The position numbers and the translations under genes were made by a program. A model generated the notes under the pieces. It was not told the DNA's origin and made no database searches. It worked only from the letters and a program-made list of their open reading frames with translations. From positions 1-49,225 of the forward strand of contig CAJXBM010000005.1 in NCBI GenBank assembly GCA_913051185.1: a stretch of 49,225 nt of DNA, written 5' to 3'. Positions 10,046 to 19,214 of the stretch are shown here, in pieces. How positions within the stretch are numbered: the first letter of the stretch is position 1; the number at the start of each line of letters is the position of its first letter. This DNA comes from an uncultured Chloroflexota bacterium. Lineage in GTDB: Bacteria > Chloroflexota > Dehalococcoidia > UBA2979.

Positions 10046-10756
10046 ATGACAACAGAGGAAATCACCGAAGTAGAGCAGCGCACTCTCGACTTCGAAAAAA
10101 TTACAACCGACCCTAAGACTCAGCTTATGCAAGCAATTGAGGCTATTTTGTTTGTTGCAAACGAACCTGTGGAAATAAGAACTCTTGCACAAGCACTTCA
10201 AACATCTTCAAAAGAGGTGGCAGGCTCCGTTGACCTACTCACAAGGGATCTTCGTCAATCGGCTCGCGGAATCCGCATACAAAGCGGTCCGGACGGAATA
10301 ACTCTCGTGTCGGCTCCCGAGCAATCAAAGCACGTTGAACACTTTATGGGCTTGGCTGCGCACCGAAAGCTATCGAGGTCCGCGCTAGAAACTCTGTCGA
10401 TTATTGCGTATCGCCAACCGGTGACAAGGGGGCAAATAGATGAAATTAGAGGCGTAGGATCAGATTCAGCCCTGGCAACCTTGCGTCTTCGAGGTCTAGT
10501 CGAACCTTCTGGTCGAGCGAATGGGCCAGGAAGGCCTCTTCTATTCAAGACTACTCAAAAATTCCTCTCGCACTTTGGTCTTGAAAAAGCAACAGACATG
10601 CCAAATTTACCAGACTACATCGAGATACCGATTTCAGAAATTGCAGTGCAATTGGGAATGGATGAATCAGTAATTGGAGAAATTATAAACACCGCTGATA
10701 AAGAATCGACAGACGTCTCACAAACTAAATATGGAGAAGCTGCCGGAGGGGCCTAA
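10046..10756 (+). CDS. scpB: SMC-Scp complex subunit ScpB
   Basis: IEAILFV, LSRSALETLSIIAYRQPVTRGQIDEIRGV, GRP.LF.TT.KFL..FGL. Confidence 0.95.
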   Translation: MTTEEITEVEQRTLDFEKITTDPKTQLMQAIEAILFVANEPVEIRTLAQALQTSSKEVAGSVDLLTRDLRQSARGIRIQSGPDGITLVSAPEQSKHVEHFMGLAAHRKLSRSALETLSIIAYRQPVTRGQIDEIRGVGSDSALATLRLRGLVEPSGRANGPGRPLLFKTTQKFLSHFGLEKATDMPNLPDYIEIPISEIAVQLGMDESVIGEIINTADKESTDVSQTKYGEAAGGA

Positions 10757-10829
10757 AGGTCACCAATTCTATAAATACCCTAATCAAATCACTCTTGCTG
10801 AAACTTATTTACCACCACTTCAAACTTGC

Positions 10830-12083
10830 CTAAATTGATGTCTGATCGCTATCTACAGCATTTACAAGAATCGACATATTCCCTGGAGCGTGACGATTTT
10901 CCATCATTGCTTGATGTGCTTCACCTATCTCATCGAACTGATAAACATCTGATAAAACAGGATCCACCGATCCTGAGATAACCATATCATTTAGTCCTGA
11001 ACATTCTTCGGTAGTAGCGAAATGGGACCCCTGCAAACGTTTTTGCCGCATCCAGAGATACCTTAAGTCTACGTCGGCATTGTATCCAGTCGTGCCAGCG
11101 CAAATAACAACCATCCCACCGTTATCACAAAGAAATACAGATGTGGGAATAGTTCCCTCACCCGGATGCTCAAACACAATCTTTGGCGATCGTCGATCGC
11201 CAAGAACTTCCCAAAATTTCTTTCCAAAAGCACGAACTCCCTGCATCCATTTGCCGAAAGCTTCGGCATCATCGACATCTGGTAAGCGACCCCAGTGAGT
11301 AAATTCAGGATCTTTTCTATTGATAACGCCGTGCGCACCCAGCTCATAGCACATATCGTATTTGCTCTCATCTGACACAACGGCTATCGGAATACCGCCA
11401 CGTGCCTTCACAATCTGCAAGGCCATTACTCCTAATCCGCCTGTTGCACCCCAGACCAACACCGGATCACCCTCATTTACGACATGCGGCTCCCAAGAGA
11501 GTAGCTGCCTATATGCGGTGGCTCCAACCAACATGTATGCGCTCGCCGCTGCCCAGGTGTGCTGAGGAGGCTTAGGAAAACACTGATAATGATCTACTAG
11601 TGCAAACTGCGCAAAAGACCCATAATTTAATTCATAGCCCCATATCTTAAAAGTGGGCGAAAACGCGGGATTACCGCCAGATACGATGTCAGGATCACTC
11701 TCATCCCAGCTGCCACAGGATAAGACAACTTCATCACCAACTTTCACGGAGGACACTGCATCACCAACTGCCCAGACAATTCCGGACGCATCTGACCCAC
11801 CAATATGAAAATCTTCTTGCGCTCCCTGCTTCTGGCGTGCTCCAATTACATCAACTGGCGTCCCCAAAGCAGCCCAGACATTGTTGTAATTAACACCCGC
11901 CGCCATAACCCACACAAGAACCTGGTTGGCTTCCGGTGTAGGAACATCTACAACCTCCACCTCAAATGCGTCAGAAGGATCTCCAAACCGTTCTGGGCGT
12001 ATTAATGACGCATACATCTGTTTAGGCACATGGCCTAACGGAGGCGTCTCACCAAGCTCGTATAAATCCTTAGTTTCAGTCAT
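10830..12083 (-). CDS. ccrA: Crotonyl-CoA carboxylase/reductase
   Basis: [20 protein letters not shown]-terminus, [43 protein letters not shown]. Confidence 0.93.
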   Translation of the reverse strand: MTETKDLYELGETPPLGHVPKQMYASLIRPERFGDPSDAFEVEVVDVPTPEANQVLVWVMAAGVNYNNVWAALGTPVDVIGARQKQGAQEDFHIGGSDASGIVWAVGDAVSSVKVGDEVVLSCGSWDESDPDIVSGGNPAFSPTFKIWGYELNYGSFAQFALVDHYQCFPKPPQHTWAAASAYMLVGATAYRQLLSWEPHVVNEGDPVLVWGATGGLGVMALQIVKARGGIPIAVVSDESKYDMCYELGAHGVINRKDPEFTHWGRLPDVDDAEAFGKWMQGVRAFGKKFWEVLGDRRSPKIVFEHPGEGTIPTSVFLCDNGGMVVICAGTTGYNADVDLRYLWMRQKRLQGSHFATTEECSGLNDMVISGSVDPVLSDVYQFDEIGEAHQAMMENRHAPGNMSILVNAVDSDQTSI

Positions 12084-12140
12084 AGATTCCTCCAGGGCTC
12101 ATCAGTTTAGAAATAAACATTTTATCTCCGACTTTATTTT

Positions 12141-14492
12141 TTATAACTGTACAGCACGATAAACGGCCTCGCGCACAGGCGCTAGATCTAAATCATCTTG
12201 TAACTTACTTTCCAATTTAGAAAGATAAAAAATATCAACTACTTGATTTCCGATAGTGTCCACTTTTGCTAGATGAATGTTGAGGTCGAGGTCTGACAAA
12301 GCTTTAGTTATTTGATACAAAAGAGTCGGACGATCTCTAACACTAACTTCTAGAATTGTGTATTGTTCTGAACTGACATTGTCAAAGTCTATAGTCACCG
12401 GCAACTCATCAAAGTATGTGTTTTGATATCTAGATAGGACTTGGGTGACCCTTTGCTCGATATTATTGATCATCCCAGCATCTCGCGGGAATTCCTCAAA
12501 CAACCTGTCCCAGCGCGTCTGGTCAATCTCATGACCTAGTGCATCAGATACATGCCACACTTGTATTGCTAAACCGTCATCACGGGTATGTGCCACTCCA
12601 GAAAGTACACCCATGTTAAAGCCGGCCAAGAGTCCCGCGATATCACGTAACAGACCGGTTCTATCACGAGACACAATACTAAACTCATACACATCACCTA
12701 AGGATTCATATTTTAGTGATACCTGTTCGGTGGAACCAAGCAATGCGTCGATCTGAACAATGTGTTGTGCGATGAGTTCATACCGGGTTCCAAACAAATA
12801 GCTCTCATCCACTAAATTTAGATGACTCTCGATAACCTCAGAATCGTAAAAATCGGCTAGATAGGCCTTTACCTGATGTAACCGCTCTACAAGTTGTGAA
12901 GAACCATCAATTTGGAAATACGCCTCGACTCGCTTGTAGAGTGTCGAAATCAGTTGTGATCTCCATTGATTCCATGCCTTTCCACCTGTAGCACGAGCAT
13001 CGGCCGCAGTGACTAAATAAAGTAATCGCAGCGTTGGAAGATCAATCAGCTGAGTAGCCACATCAGCTACTACCGACTCATCTGAAATATCTCGACGAGT
13101 GGCGGTCTCGGGCAAAAGGAGATGATATCGAACTGCTCTGACTATTCGATCGCGCGCATCAGCAGAAATCTTAAACCGCTCACAAATCACCTCTGCAAAC
13201 TCTGCACCCAGAGGACTGTGAGTAGAGCCCCTACCTTTACCGATGTCGTGCAAAAGAGAGGCTATAAGGAACTCATACGCATTTTCGAGTTTCTTATATA
13301 TAAGTTGAAGAGACTTATCAAATTCGTCTCCGCTCTCGATAATCCGATGTGCTTCCAAGACTGCTCTAGCGTTATGAACATCAATTGGATGTGTATGAAA
13401 AGAGACTCTGTGGGGCCTTGCACGCAAAGGTTCCCATTCCGGCAGTAGCTCGGCGAAATAGTCATCCGTTGGAAGTGGTTCCAAATCACCTCTATCCATC
13501 CGCTTTTTCATTCGATCTATTCCCTCCAAGAACACATCAAGGCTGGGCTCTTGTCGAGATGGAAATTCGTCATTCGAATTCGCATCAATAACAGCAGGAT
13601 TAACTCTCAATAAATTGGAAAGGCACAAATCAACATCCCGCATAGCAGAGAACAGATCCCGCTGCCACTGAACAATATCTACTTGTAACCAATCACCCAC
13701 TCGTGGCGCTATATCCGGATGCAGTAAATTAACCGTCCTAGACGAACTGCGATGTTGAGCATGCAAAGCGTTTCGAGTGGCCAAAAGAACTTCGCGGGCA
13801 TTCGTAAGCATCCCGACGTGATCATCTCCAAGCTCAAATTCAGGGTCAACATAGCGCTGAATTGCATAAATCCAATATATCGAACTCAGTGTCCGTAGAC
13901 CACCTCGACCAGACTTGATATCAATCGCTAAAGTTTGCCAGGGCTCATTATCGCGTTGAATTTTGTAACGTTCGGCGAGTTCACTAACAAAAGCCTCTCC
14001 ATGAACATTCATAATCCGCGATCTTTCCTTCTCAAAAGATCGCCACAATTCTTCTGAACCAGCTATAAATCTTGCGTCAATTAGGGAGGTAGCTGTTTCG
14101 ATGCTTTCTAATGATTGGCGCTCCAAATCCCTAATTTCCCGCACTGAATATCCAAGCTTAAAATTAGCATCCCATAACGGGTATAAGATTTTCGCTGCAG
14201 AATCTGTTGAGTCTTCATCGACCAAAATCATCAAATCAATATCAGAAAAACGCGTCTCTTCAAACCGCGCATTACTACCATGAGCAATTAATGTGAAAGT
14301 ATTATTTTCCGTTCCAGATTTCGCTTCATTAACCACTGCTCGCAATGCCTCATCCAAATATCGGGTAAGCTTATCTGAGGTCTTAAAACCTGCAAGTTCT
14401 ACCGATACCGGTAGAATTTCATTCCTCAAATTCTGAAACTTTGTGAGTAATTCACTGGAAGACATTATGAGCTCAGATTTCTTATAGATCAT
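12141..14492 (-). CDS. glnD: Bifunctional PII nucleotidylyltransferase/removing enzyme
   Basis: NTase SDIDL, DIKSGRGGLR, HD domain (H..D.H and LLHDIGKG), two ACT domains (DRTGLL, DRPTLL). Follows amtB-glnK. The start may be ATG 14465. Confidence 0.9.
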   Translation of the reverse strand: MIYKKSELIMSSSELLTKFQNLRNEILPVSVELAGFKTSDKLTRYLDEALRAVVNEAKSGTENNTFTLIAHGSNARFEETRFSDIDLMILVDEDSTDSAAKILYPLWDANFKLGYSVREIRDLERQSLESIETATSLIDARFIAGSEELWRSFEKERSRIMNVHGEAFVSELAERYKIQRDNEPWQTLAIDIKSGRGGLRTLSSIYWIYAIQRYVDPEFELGDDHVGMLTNAREVLLATRNALHAQHRSSSRTVNLLHPDIAPRVGDWLQVDIVQWQRDLFSAMRDVDLCLSNLLRVNPAVIDANSNDEFPSRQEPSLDVFLEGIDRMKKRMDRGDLEPLPTDDYFAELLPEWEPLRARPHRVSFHTHPIDVHNARAVLEAHRIIESGDEFDKSLQLIYKKLENAYEFLIASLLHDIGKGRGSTHSPLGAEFAEVICERFKISADARDRIVRAVRYHLLLPETATRRDISDESVVADVATQLIDLPTLRLLYLVTAADARATGGKAWNQWRSQLISTLYKRVEAYFQIDGSSQLVERLHQVKAYLADFYDSEVIESHLNLVDESYLFGTRYELIAQHIVQIDALLGSTEQVSLKYESLGDVYEFSIVSRDRTGLLRDIAGLLAGFNMGVLSGVAHTRDDGLAIQVWHVSDALGHEIDQTRWDRLFEEFPRDAGMINNIEQRVTQVLSRYQNTYFDELPVTIDFDNVSSEQYTILEVSVRDRPTLLYQITKALSDLDLNIHLAKVDTIGNQVVDIFYLSKLESKLQDDLDLAPVREAVYRAVQL

Positions 14493-14570
14493 GATGTTTA
14501 TCTAAACAATCAGATCAACATTCGGCCAATGCTAAGTTTAGTAGAAATACAGCAATTTCAGTCTGCAGCA

Positions 14571-14909
14571 CTAAACAGCATCCTCTCCTCGCTCACCAGT
14601 CCGTATTCGTACTACATCTTCGACATCGAGAATTAGTACTTTTCCATCACCTATCGAACCCGTGTGAACCACTTCTTCGATCATACTCATTGTCTCTGGA
14701 GCCATAATATCGTCGATCAAAATCTCAATACGTACTTTTTGAACCAGATCAACCTCATACTCCGCACCACGATATACCTCTTGGTGCCCAGCTTGTCTAC
14801 CAAACCCTTGCGCTTCCACCACGGTAAGACCACTGATTTCAGTGGTCCTTATTGCTTCAATTATGTCGTCTACTCGGTAGGGATTGACGTAAGCTAATAC
14901 AAGTTTCAT
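14571..14909 (-). CDS. glnK: Nitrogen regulatory protein P-II (GlnK)
   Basis: 112 aa, GFGRQ.G, T-loop YRGAEY (modifiable Tyr51), GDGK, RIRTGE. Adjacent to amtB. Confidence 0.95.
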   Translation of the reverse strand: MKLVLAYVNPYRVDDIIEAIRTTEISGLTVVEAQGFGRQAGHQEVYRGAEYEVDLVQKVRIEILIDDIMAPETMSMIEEVVHTGSIGDGKVLILDVEDVVRIRTGERGEDAV

Positions 14910-14939
14910 TCACATCAATCCCCACCAAGAAGAAAGTAC

Positions 14940-16160
14940 CTACTCAGTCAGTCGGTATCCTTGTTCATTATGTAAGCTAAGGTCCAGTCCCTGTCGCTCT
15001 TCGTCTTCTGTAACCCGTAAGCCAATAAACTTACTAATTAATAGGGCAAGTATAGCCGTCATCGCACCAGACCAAACAATTGCAATCACAACCGATATAA
15101 TTTGTTTAACTAATTGACTTCCACCTGCGCCATCCACAGCCAAAACTCCCAGGAGTACGGATCCAATAATTCCGCCTACCAAGTGCACCGCAACCACATC
15201 AAGCGAATCATCAAACTTAAATATTGCTTTAAGTCTCAAAGCATAGAAACATACGGCTCCAGCCACAGCACCAATAACTAGGGCTCCGAATGGATCAACG
15301 AATCCGGCTGCCGGGGTGATTGCTACGAGTCCTGCAACCGCTCCTGAAGCAAACCCAAGCGTAGTCGCACGGCCTTGAACCATTTTTTCAACAAGCAACC
15401 AAACTGTTGCAGCCGTTCCTGCAGCTACTTGCGTTGCCATGAAAGCATCTGCAGCTGCCTGATCAGCAGCCAGAGCAGAGCCCGCATTAAAACCAAACCA
15501 ACCAAACCACAGCAAGCCAGCTCCAATTAATGTCAATGGCAGCATATGCGGTCTAATCGCGCTTGTTCCGTAACCAAGTCTTGGTCCAATCATTATCGCT
15601 AGCACTAAAGCTGCAACACCGGCATTTATATGTACAACCAGTCCACCCGCGAAGTCCAGTGCTCCGAGATTTTCACCGATATATCCCCCGCCCCATACTG
15701 CTGTAGCGAGTGGCACATACACCACGATTGACCAAAGAATAATGAACAGGGTCCATGCGCCAAACTTCATCCGTTCAGCAACAGCTCCCACAATCAGGGC
15801 AGGAGTGATAATTGCAAACATTAACTGAAACATCATGAACGCGGAATTTGGAATCCCACCCACAATACTTTCAGTTCCATCTCCGTCAATCCCGCGAAGT
15901 CCAAAATAATCCAAATTACCTAGAATGGTCGTACCAGAAATTTCAAATGCACTGCCACCAACCAGGTGGCCAAATGCCAAAGTTCCGCCAATCAGAGTCC
16001 AAACAATAGTGATTACTCCCATGGCAATATAGTTCTTCAGCAACATTGCCAAAATGTTCTTGCCTCGAACCATTCCTCCATAAAAAAGTGCAAGACCAGG
16101 TGTCATTAATAACACCAAGGCACTGCTCGTCAGAATCCAAGCTGTTGCTCCGCTATCCAT
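14940..16160 (-). CDS. amtB: Ammonium transporter
   Basis: PGLALFYGG, FQLMFAIITPAL, DFAGGLVVH and DDSLDVVAVH (twin His), WFGWFGFNAGS. Confidence 0.97.
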   Translation of the reverse strand: MDSGATAWILTSSALVLLMTPGLALFYGGMVRGKNILAMLLKNYIAMGVITIVWTLIGGTLAFGHLVGGSAFEISGTTILGNLDYFGLRGIDGDGTESIVGGIPNSAFMMFQLMFAIITPALIVGAVAERMKFGAWTLFIILWSIVVYVPLATAVWGGGYIGENLGALDFAGGLVVHINAGVAALVLAIMIGPRLGYGTSAIRPHMLPLTLIGAGLLWFGWFGFNAGSALAADQAAADAFMATQVAAGTAATVWLLVEKMVQGRATTLGFASGAVAGLVAITPAAGFVDPFGALVIGAVAGAVCFYALRLKAIFKFDDSLDVVAVHLVGGIIGSVLLGVLAVDGAGGSQLVKQIISVVIAIVWSGAMTAILALLISKFIGLRVTEDEERQGLDLSLHNEQGYRLTE

Positions 16161-16243
16161 GAGTACAATTCCTCTCTTTATTAATCAACTACAAAATTAG
16201 CTTGCGGTTTCTCAATATCTACTTCCTTAGGGTCTATCGGAAT

Positions 16244-16263
16244 TGTTACAAATATATTACAAA
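16244..16263 (-). promoter_or_regulatory. Putative GlnR-like (OmpR-type) nitrogen regulator box upstream of amtB
   Basis: TTACAAA direct repeat at 16246 and 16257 (11-bp period). The minus strand reads GTAAT-N6-GTAAC. Confidence 0.45.
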
Positions 16264-16271
16264 GAAAATAA

Positions 16272-16319
16272 AGCTCAATGAAATACGCTTTAAGCGCAGG
16301 TAACCCTGCACCATGAGCT
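16272..16319 (-). terminator. Structured element or possible terminator downstream of the dam gene
   Basis: Outer stem AGCTCAATG/CATGAGCT encloses two small hairpins and is followed on the minus strand by TTATTTTCTTT. Confidence 0.35.
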
Positions 16320-16348
16320 CAAAAAAACTAATCGACCCACAAGCTTTA

Positions 16349-17206
16349 TCAGTAGTTGGAAACGAGAATCTCTTTAATCTTAGATCGACCTGCTTTATCA
16401 GAGTTGATAGACCTTCGAGCATCAACTTCAGATATAGCGTAGTCCCGCAGAGCACCGTCAAATAACCCCCTGATATAGTCATGAGCTGAGTTGGAGAGCA
16501 AAAATTTTACTTCATGATCAGTGAGAAAATCACAAATCGACCTCAACCTAATCTGCTCAACACGACCAAAGCCACCTGAGTTATATGAAGTAAACGACGA
16601 CGTCACGGATAAGGGTTCAAACGGGGGATCGAAGTAAACAAAATCATTGCTGGAAAAATCAGTCAAGCATTCTGCATAATCACCGTGAAAAATCTCTGTT
16701 CTGTTAAGTAAGTGTGAGGCTGTCCTTAACACTCCTTCGTTTACAATTTTTGGATTCTTATATCGACCATGTGGAACATTAAACACGCCCTTTTTATTTA
16801 CTCGATACAAACCATTGAAACATGTCTTATTGAGAAACAAGAATTGAACGACCCGATCGATTAATTCTTTGTGCTCGCTTGCACGTTGCTCATAATAAAA
16901 GCTCGATCGATCTGCCTCCCCCAGCGACAAATACGCTGTCTCGACCACCGCCAACTTCTCAAGAAGCTCATCTAATCGATCGCGCACCACAACAAACGAA
17001 TCCATCAAAGTCATATTGGAGTCATTAATCACAACTCGTTCAGGAGGTGATTCTCGATCAAGTAACGCAAATGTAAAGGCCGCTCCTCCACACATAGGCT
17101 CATAGAAAGTAGATATTTTCACCGGCGCTCGCGCAAGAAGCTCAGGTAAAAGTTGCCTTTTTCCACCTGCCCACTTTAAAAATGGCTGACCAATTTTATC
17201 TGCCAT
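16349..17206 (-). CDS. dam: Dam-family (D12 class) DNA adenine methyltransferase, orphan
   Basis: PFLKWAGGKRQL, EP.CGG, LNKTCFNGLYRVN..G.FNVP.G, DPPF catalytic motif, LSNS, RRSIN. Confidence 0.88.
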   Translation of the reverse strand: MADKIGQPFLKWAGGKRQLLPELLARAPVKISTFYEPMCGGAAFTFALLDRESPPERVVINDSNMTLMDSFVVVRDRLDELLEKLAVVETAYLSLGEADRSSFYYEQRASEHKELIDRVVQFLFLNKTCFNGLYRVNKKGVFNVPHGRYKNPKIVNEGVLRTASHLLNRTEIFHGDYAECLTDFSSNDFVYFDPPFEPLSVTSSFTSYNSGGFGRVEQIRLRSICDFLTDHEVKFLLSNSAHDYIRGLFDGALRDYAISEVDARRSINSDKAGRSKIKEILVSNY

Positions 17207-17212
17207 GGCTAA

Positions 17213-18280
17213 TCAAAAAGACTGTAAGGGCGAAACCCCGACACTTGTCGCAGCTTCTGATATCTGTTTCCAGGTCTCTTCGTCGACTGGGATACCTGAT
17301 CGAAGCCTCTCATTCATCTGTATTCTTTCGGGTTCTCCTGCTGTAAGCACCTCTGTAAAGTTCTCCGCGTACGGTGGTTCCTTAACAAAATTCAACAATT
17401 CCGTGACCTCGTGCTTCCAATCTTCAGGATCAAGGAAGTTTGCAATATTAATTGCCATCAACCAAGTGCCATTCGTCCCGCGCACCGACTCTTTGGCCGA
17501 TCCTGATCCAGATAATATTCCGCCCAGCGCTTCCATAGCTAAGCTTAAACCAAACCCTTTGTACCCACTTAGCAATCCACCAAATGGCAAAAGTGCGCCG
17601 CGTTTTTCATTTTCACCAGTCCCATACAGGTCATTAGGATCCACAGTTGCTTTGCCATCCCCATCGATTAACACACCCTCAGGAACTGTCACACCTTTAT
17701 TCACCGCAACCTTCATTTTGCCTTCAGCAAGCACGGAAGTCGCCATATCCAACACAAAAGGGGCGTCCTCTCTATCTGTAGGCAACGCGAACATAATCGG
17801 ATTAGTCGCAACCCTTCGATGGCCACCTCCATATGACGCAACTATCTGACCACCGGGCACATTTACTCCGGCCATACCGATCATGCCGGCCCTACAGGCT
17901 ATCTCACCATAATGACCTAAGCGCCCAATATGACCAGTTCCGCGAACGGTAACAAGTCCAATCCCGCTTGTGGTGGCTTTTTTGACAGCTAGATGCATCC
18001 CATGGTGAGCGGCAACTTGACCCAAGTTCATCCCCCCATCTGTGACCGCTGTAGATGGAGTTTCCTTTACGATTTCAAAATCTGCTCCGGCCACAAAGCG
18101 TTTTTCCATTAAACCAGTCACGTAACCAAGGGTTCTAATGATGCCATGAGAATCATGCCCACGAAGATTAGCACCAACCAAGTGGTCAGAAATTATCTCC
18201 GCCTCAGCAGCCGGACTCCCAGCCGATTGAAAAATTTTTTGAATGTAATCTTTAAGAACTAGTGCATCAATTGTAATCAT
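17213..18280 (-). CDS. Ldh_2 family NAD(P)-dependent 2-oxoacid/hydroxyacid oxidoreductase
   Basis: ANLRGHDSHG, HIGRLG.Y, TNP, LDMATS, LLPFGG..GYKG.GL. Confidence 0.9.
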   Translation of the reverse strand: MITIDALVLKDYIQKIFQSAGSPAAEAEIISDHLVGANLRGHDSHGIIRTLGYVTGLMEKRFVAGADFEIVKETPSTAVTDGGMNLGQVAAHHGMHLAVKKATTSGIGLVTVRGTGHIGRLGHYGEIACRAGMIGMAGVNVPGGQIVASYGGGHRRVATNPIMFALPTDREDAPFVLDMATSVLAEGKMKVAVNKGVTVPEGVLIDGDGKATVDPNDLYGTGENEKRGALLPFGGLLSGYKGFGLSLAMEALGGILSGSGSAKESVRGTNGTWLMAINIANFLDPEDWKHEVTELLNFVKEPPYAENFTEVLTAGEPERIQMNERLRSGIPVDEETWKQISEAATSVGVSPLQSF

Positions 18281-18329
18281 TTAAAAAATACCTCTTTAAC
18301 CTACAAATTCTTTTAGCAAACCTATTTTC

Positions 18330-19133
18330 CTAGTAAAAAGCATTTCCCTCGGGTAAGGTCGATTGTGTACCGGTTTCCTCCCGGGTGTCATTGAGATCAG
18401 ACAATGCACGTGCACGCATGAAGCCAGAATCAGTCCCAAGGGTGACCATCTGAAAACCCGCCTTCAGCCACTTTTGAGTGAACTCAGCACTGCCTGTGTG
18501 TATACCTGGTGTGACACCATGCTTCCGACATGCATCATAGATCTCCATCACTTTTGCTTCATGATTTGGGTCTGTATTATCACCCGTCGGTTCCATGCCG
18601 AGTGCATAAGCGAGATCCGACGGTCCAATATACGCCGCATCTACGCCCGGTGTGGAGAGAATCTCATCTAATTTTTCCAACGCTTCGGCCGTCTCTATCA
18701 TACAAATAACAGCAATTTCATTATTTGCTTTCTGTTGATAGTCCGTTCCGCCATATATCGCAGCCCGCGTTGGGCCCGATGATCTCCCCCCCTCGGGTGG
18801 ATATTTCGCAGCCCAAACTGCTCTTTCGGCTTCCTCTCGGTTATTAACCAACGGGACAATCACACCGTAGGCACCGGCATCCAAGGCTTTCATTATGGTG
18901 GCCGGGTCATTCCATGGAACACGAACAAATGGAGTTGTTGCAGTGGTAGAAATAGCTCGAAACATTTCAATCGAATCAGCATAGTCAATTGCACCGTGCT
19001 GCATATCAACACAAAGCCAATCGAAACCAATATTCGCCATAATTTCTGCACTATGTCCATCAGGAATGGCTAACCAGGCCCCAACCGTTGGCTTGTCATT
19101 TCGCCAGGCTTCTAAAACTTTATTTGTTCGCAT
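18330..19133 (-). CDS. HpcH/HpaI class II pyruvate aldolase family protein
   Basis: GFDWLCVDMQHG, VRVPWN, LDAGA.G...P, MIET, IGPSDL. Confidence 0.92.
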   Translation of the reverse strand: MRTNKVLEAWRNDKPTVGAWLAIPDGHSAEIMANIGFDWLCVDMQHGAIDYADSIEMFRAISTTATTPFVRVPWNDPATIMKALDAGAYGVIVPLVNNREEAERAVWAAKYPPEGGRSSGPTRAAIYGGTDYQQKANNEIAVICMIETAEALEKLDEILSTPGVDAAYIGPSDLAYALGMEPTGDNTDPNHEAKVMEIYDACRKHGVTPGIHTGSAEFTQKWLKAGFQMVTLGTDSGFMRARALSDLNDTREETGTQSTLPEGNAFY

Positions 19134-19177
19134 TTCTCACCTCACAATACTCAGCACACCAATCTATTAGTTCCAGC

Positions 19178-19204
19178 ACGTTAACTGATCTGGAGAGTTA
19201 ACGT
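19178..19204. repeat. 9-bp perfect inverted repeat (hairpin or operator)
   Basis: ACGTTAACT-N9-AGTTAACGT in the intergenic gap. Confidence 0.5.
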
Positions 19205-19214
19205 CTTGTAATCA

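Noticed and set aside
17205-17849. 214-aa plus-strand ORF
   Set aside because: It lies antisense to the well-supported Ldh_2 gene and has no motifs, so it is a shadow ORF. The same applies to the many other 60-150 aa antisense or overlapping ORFs in the track.
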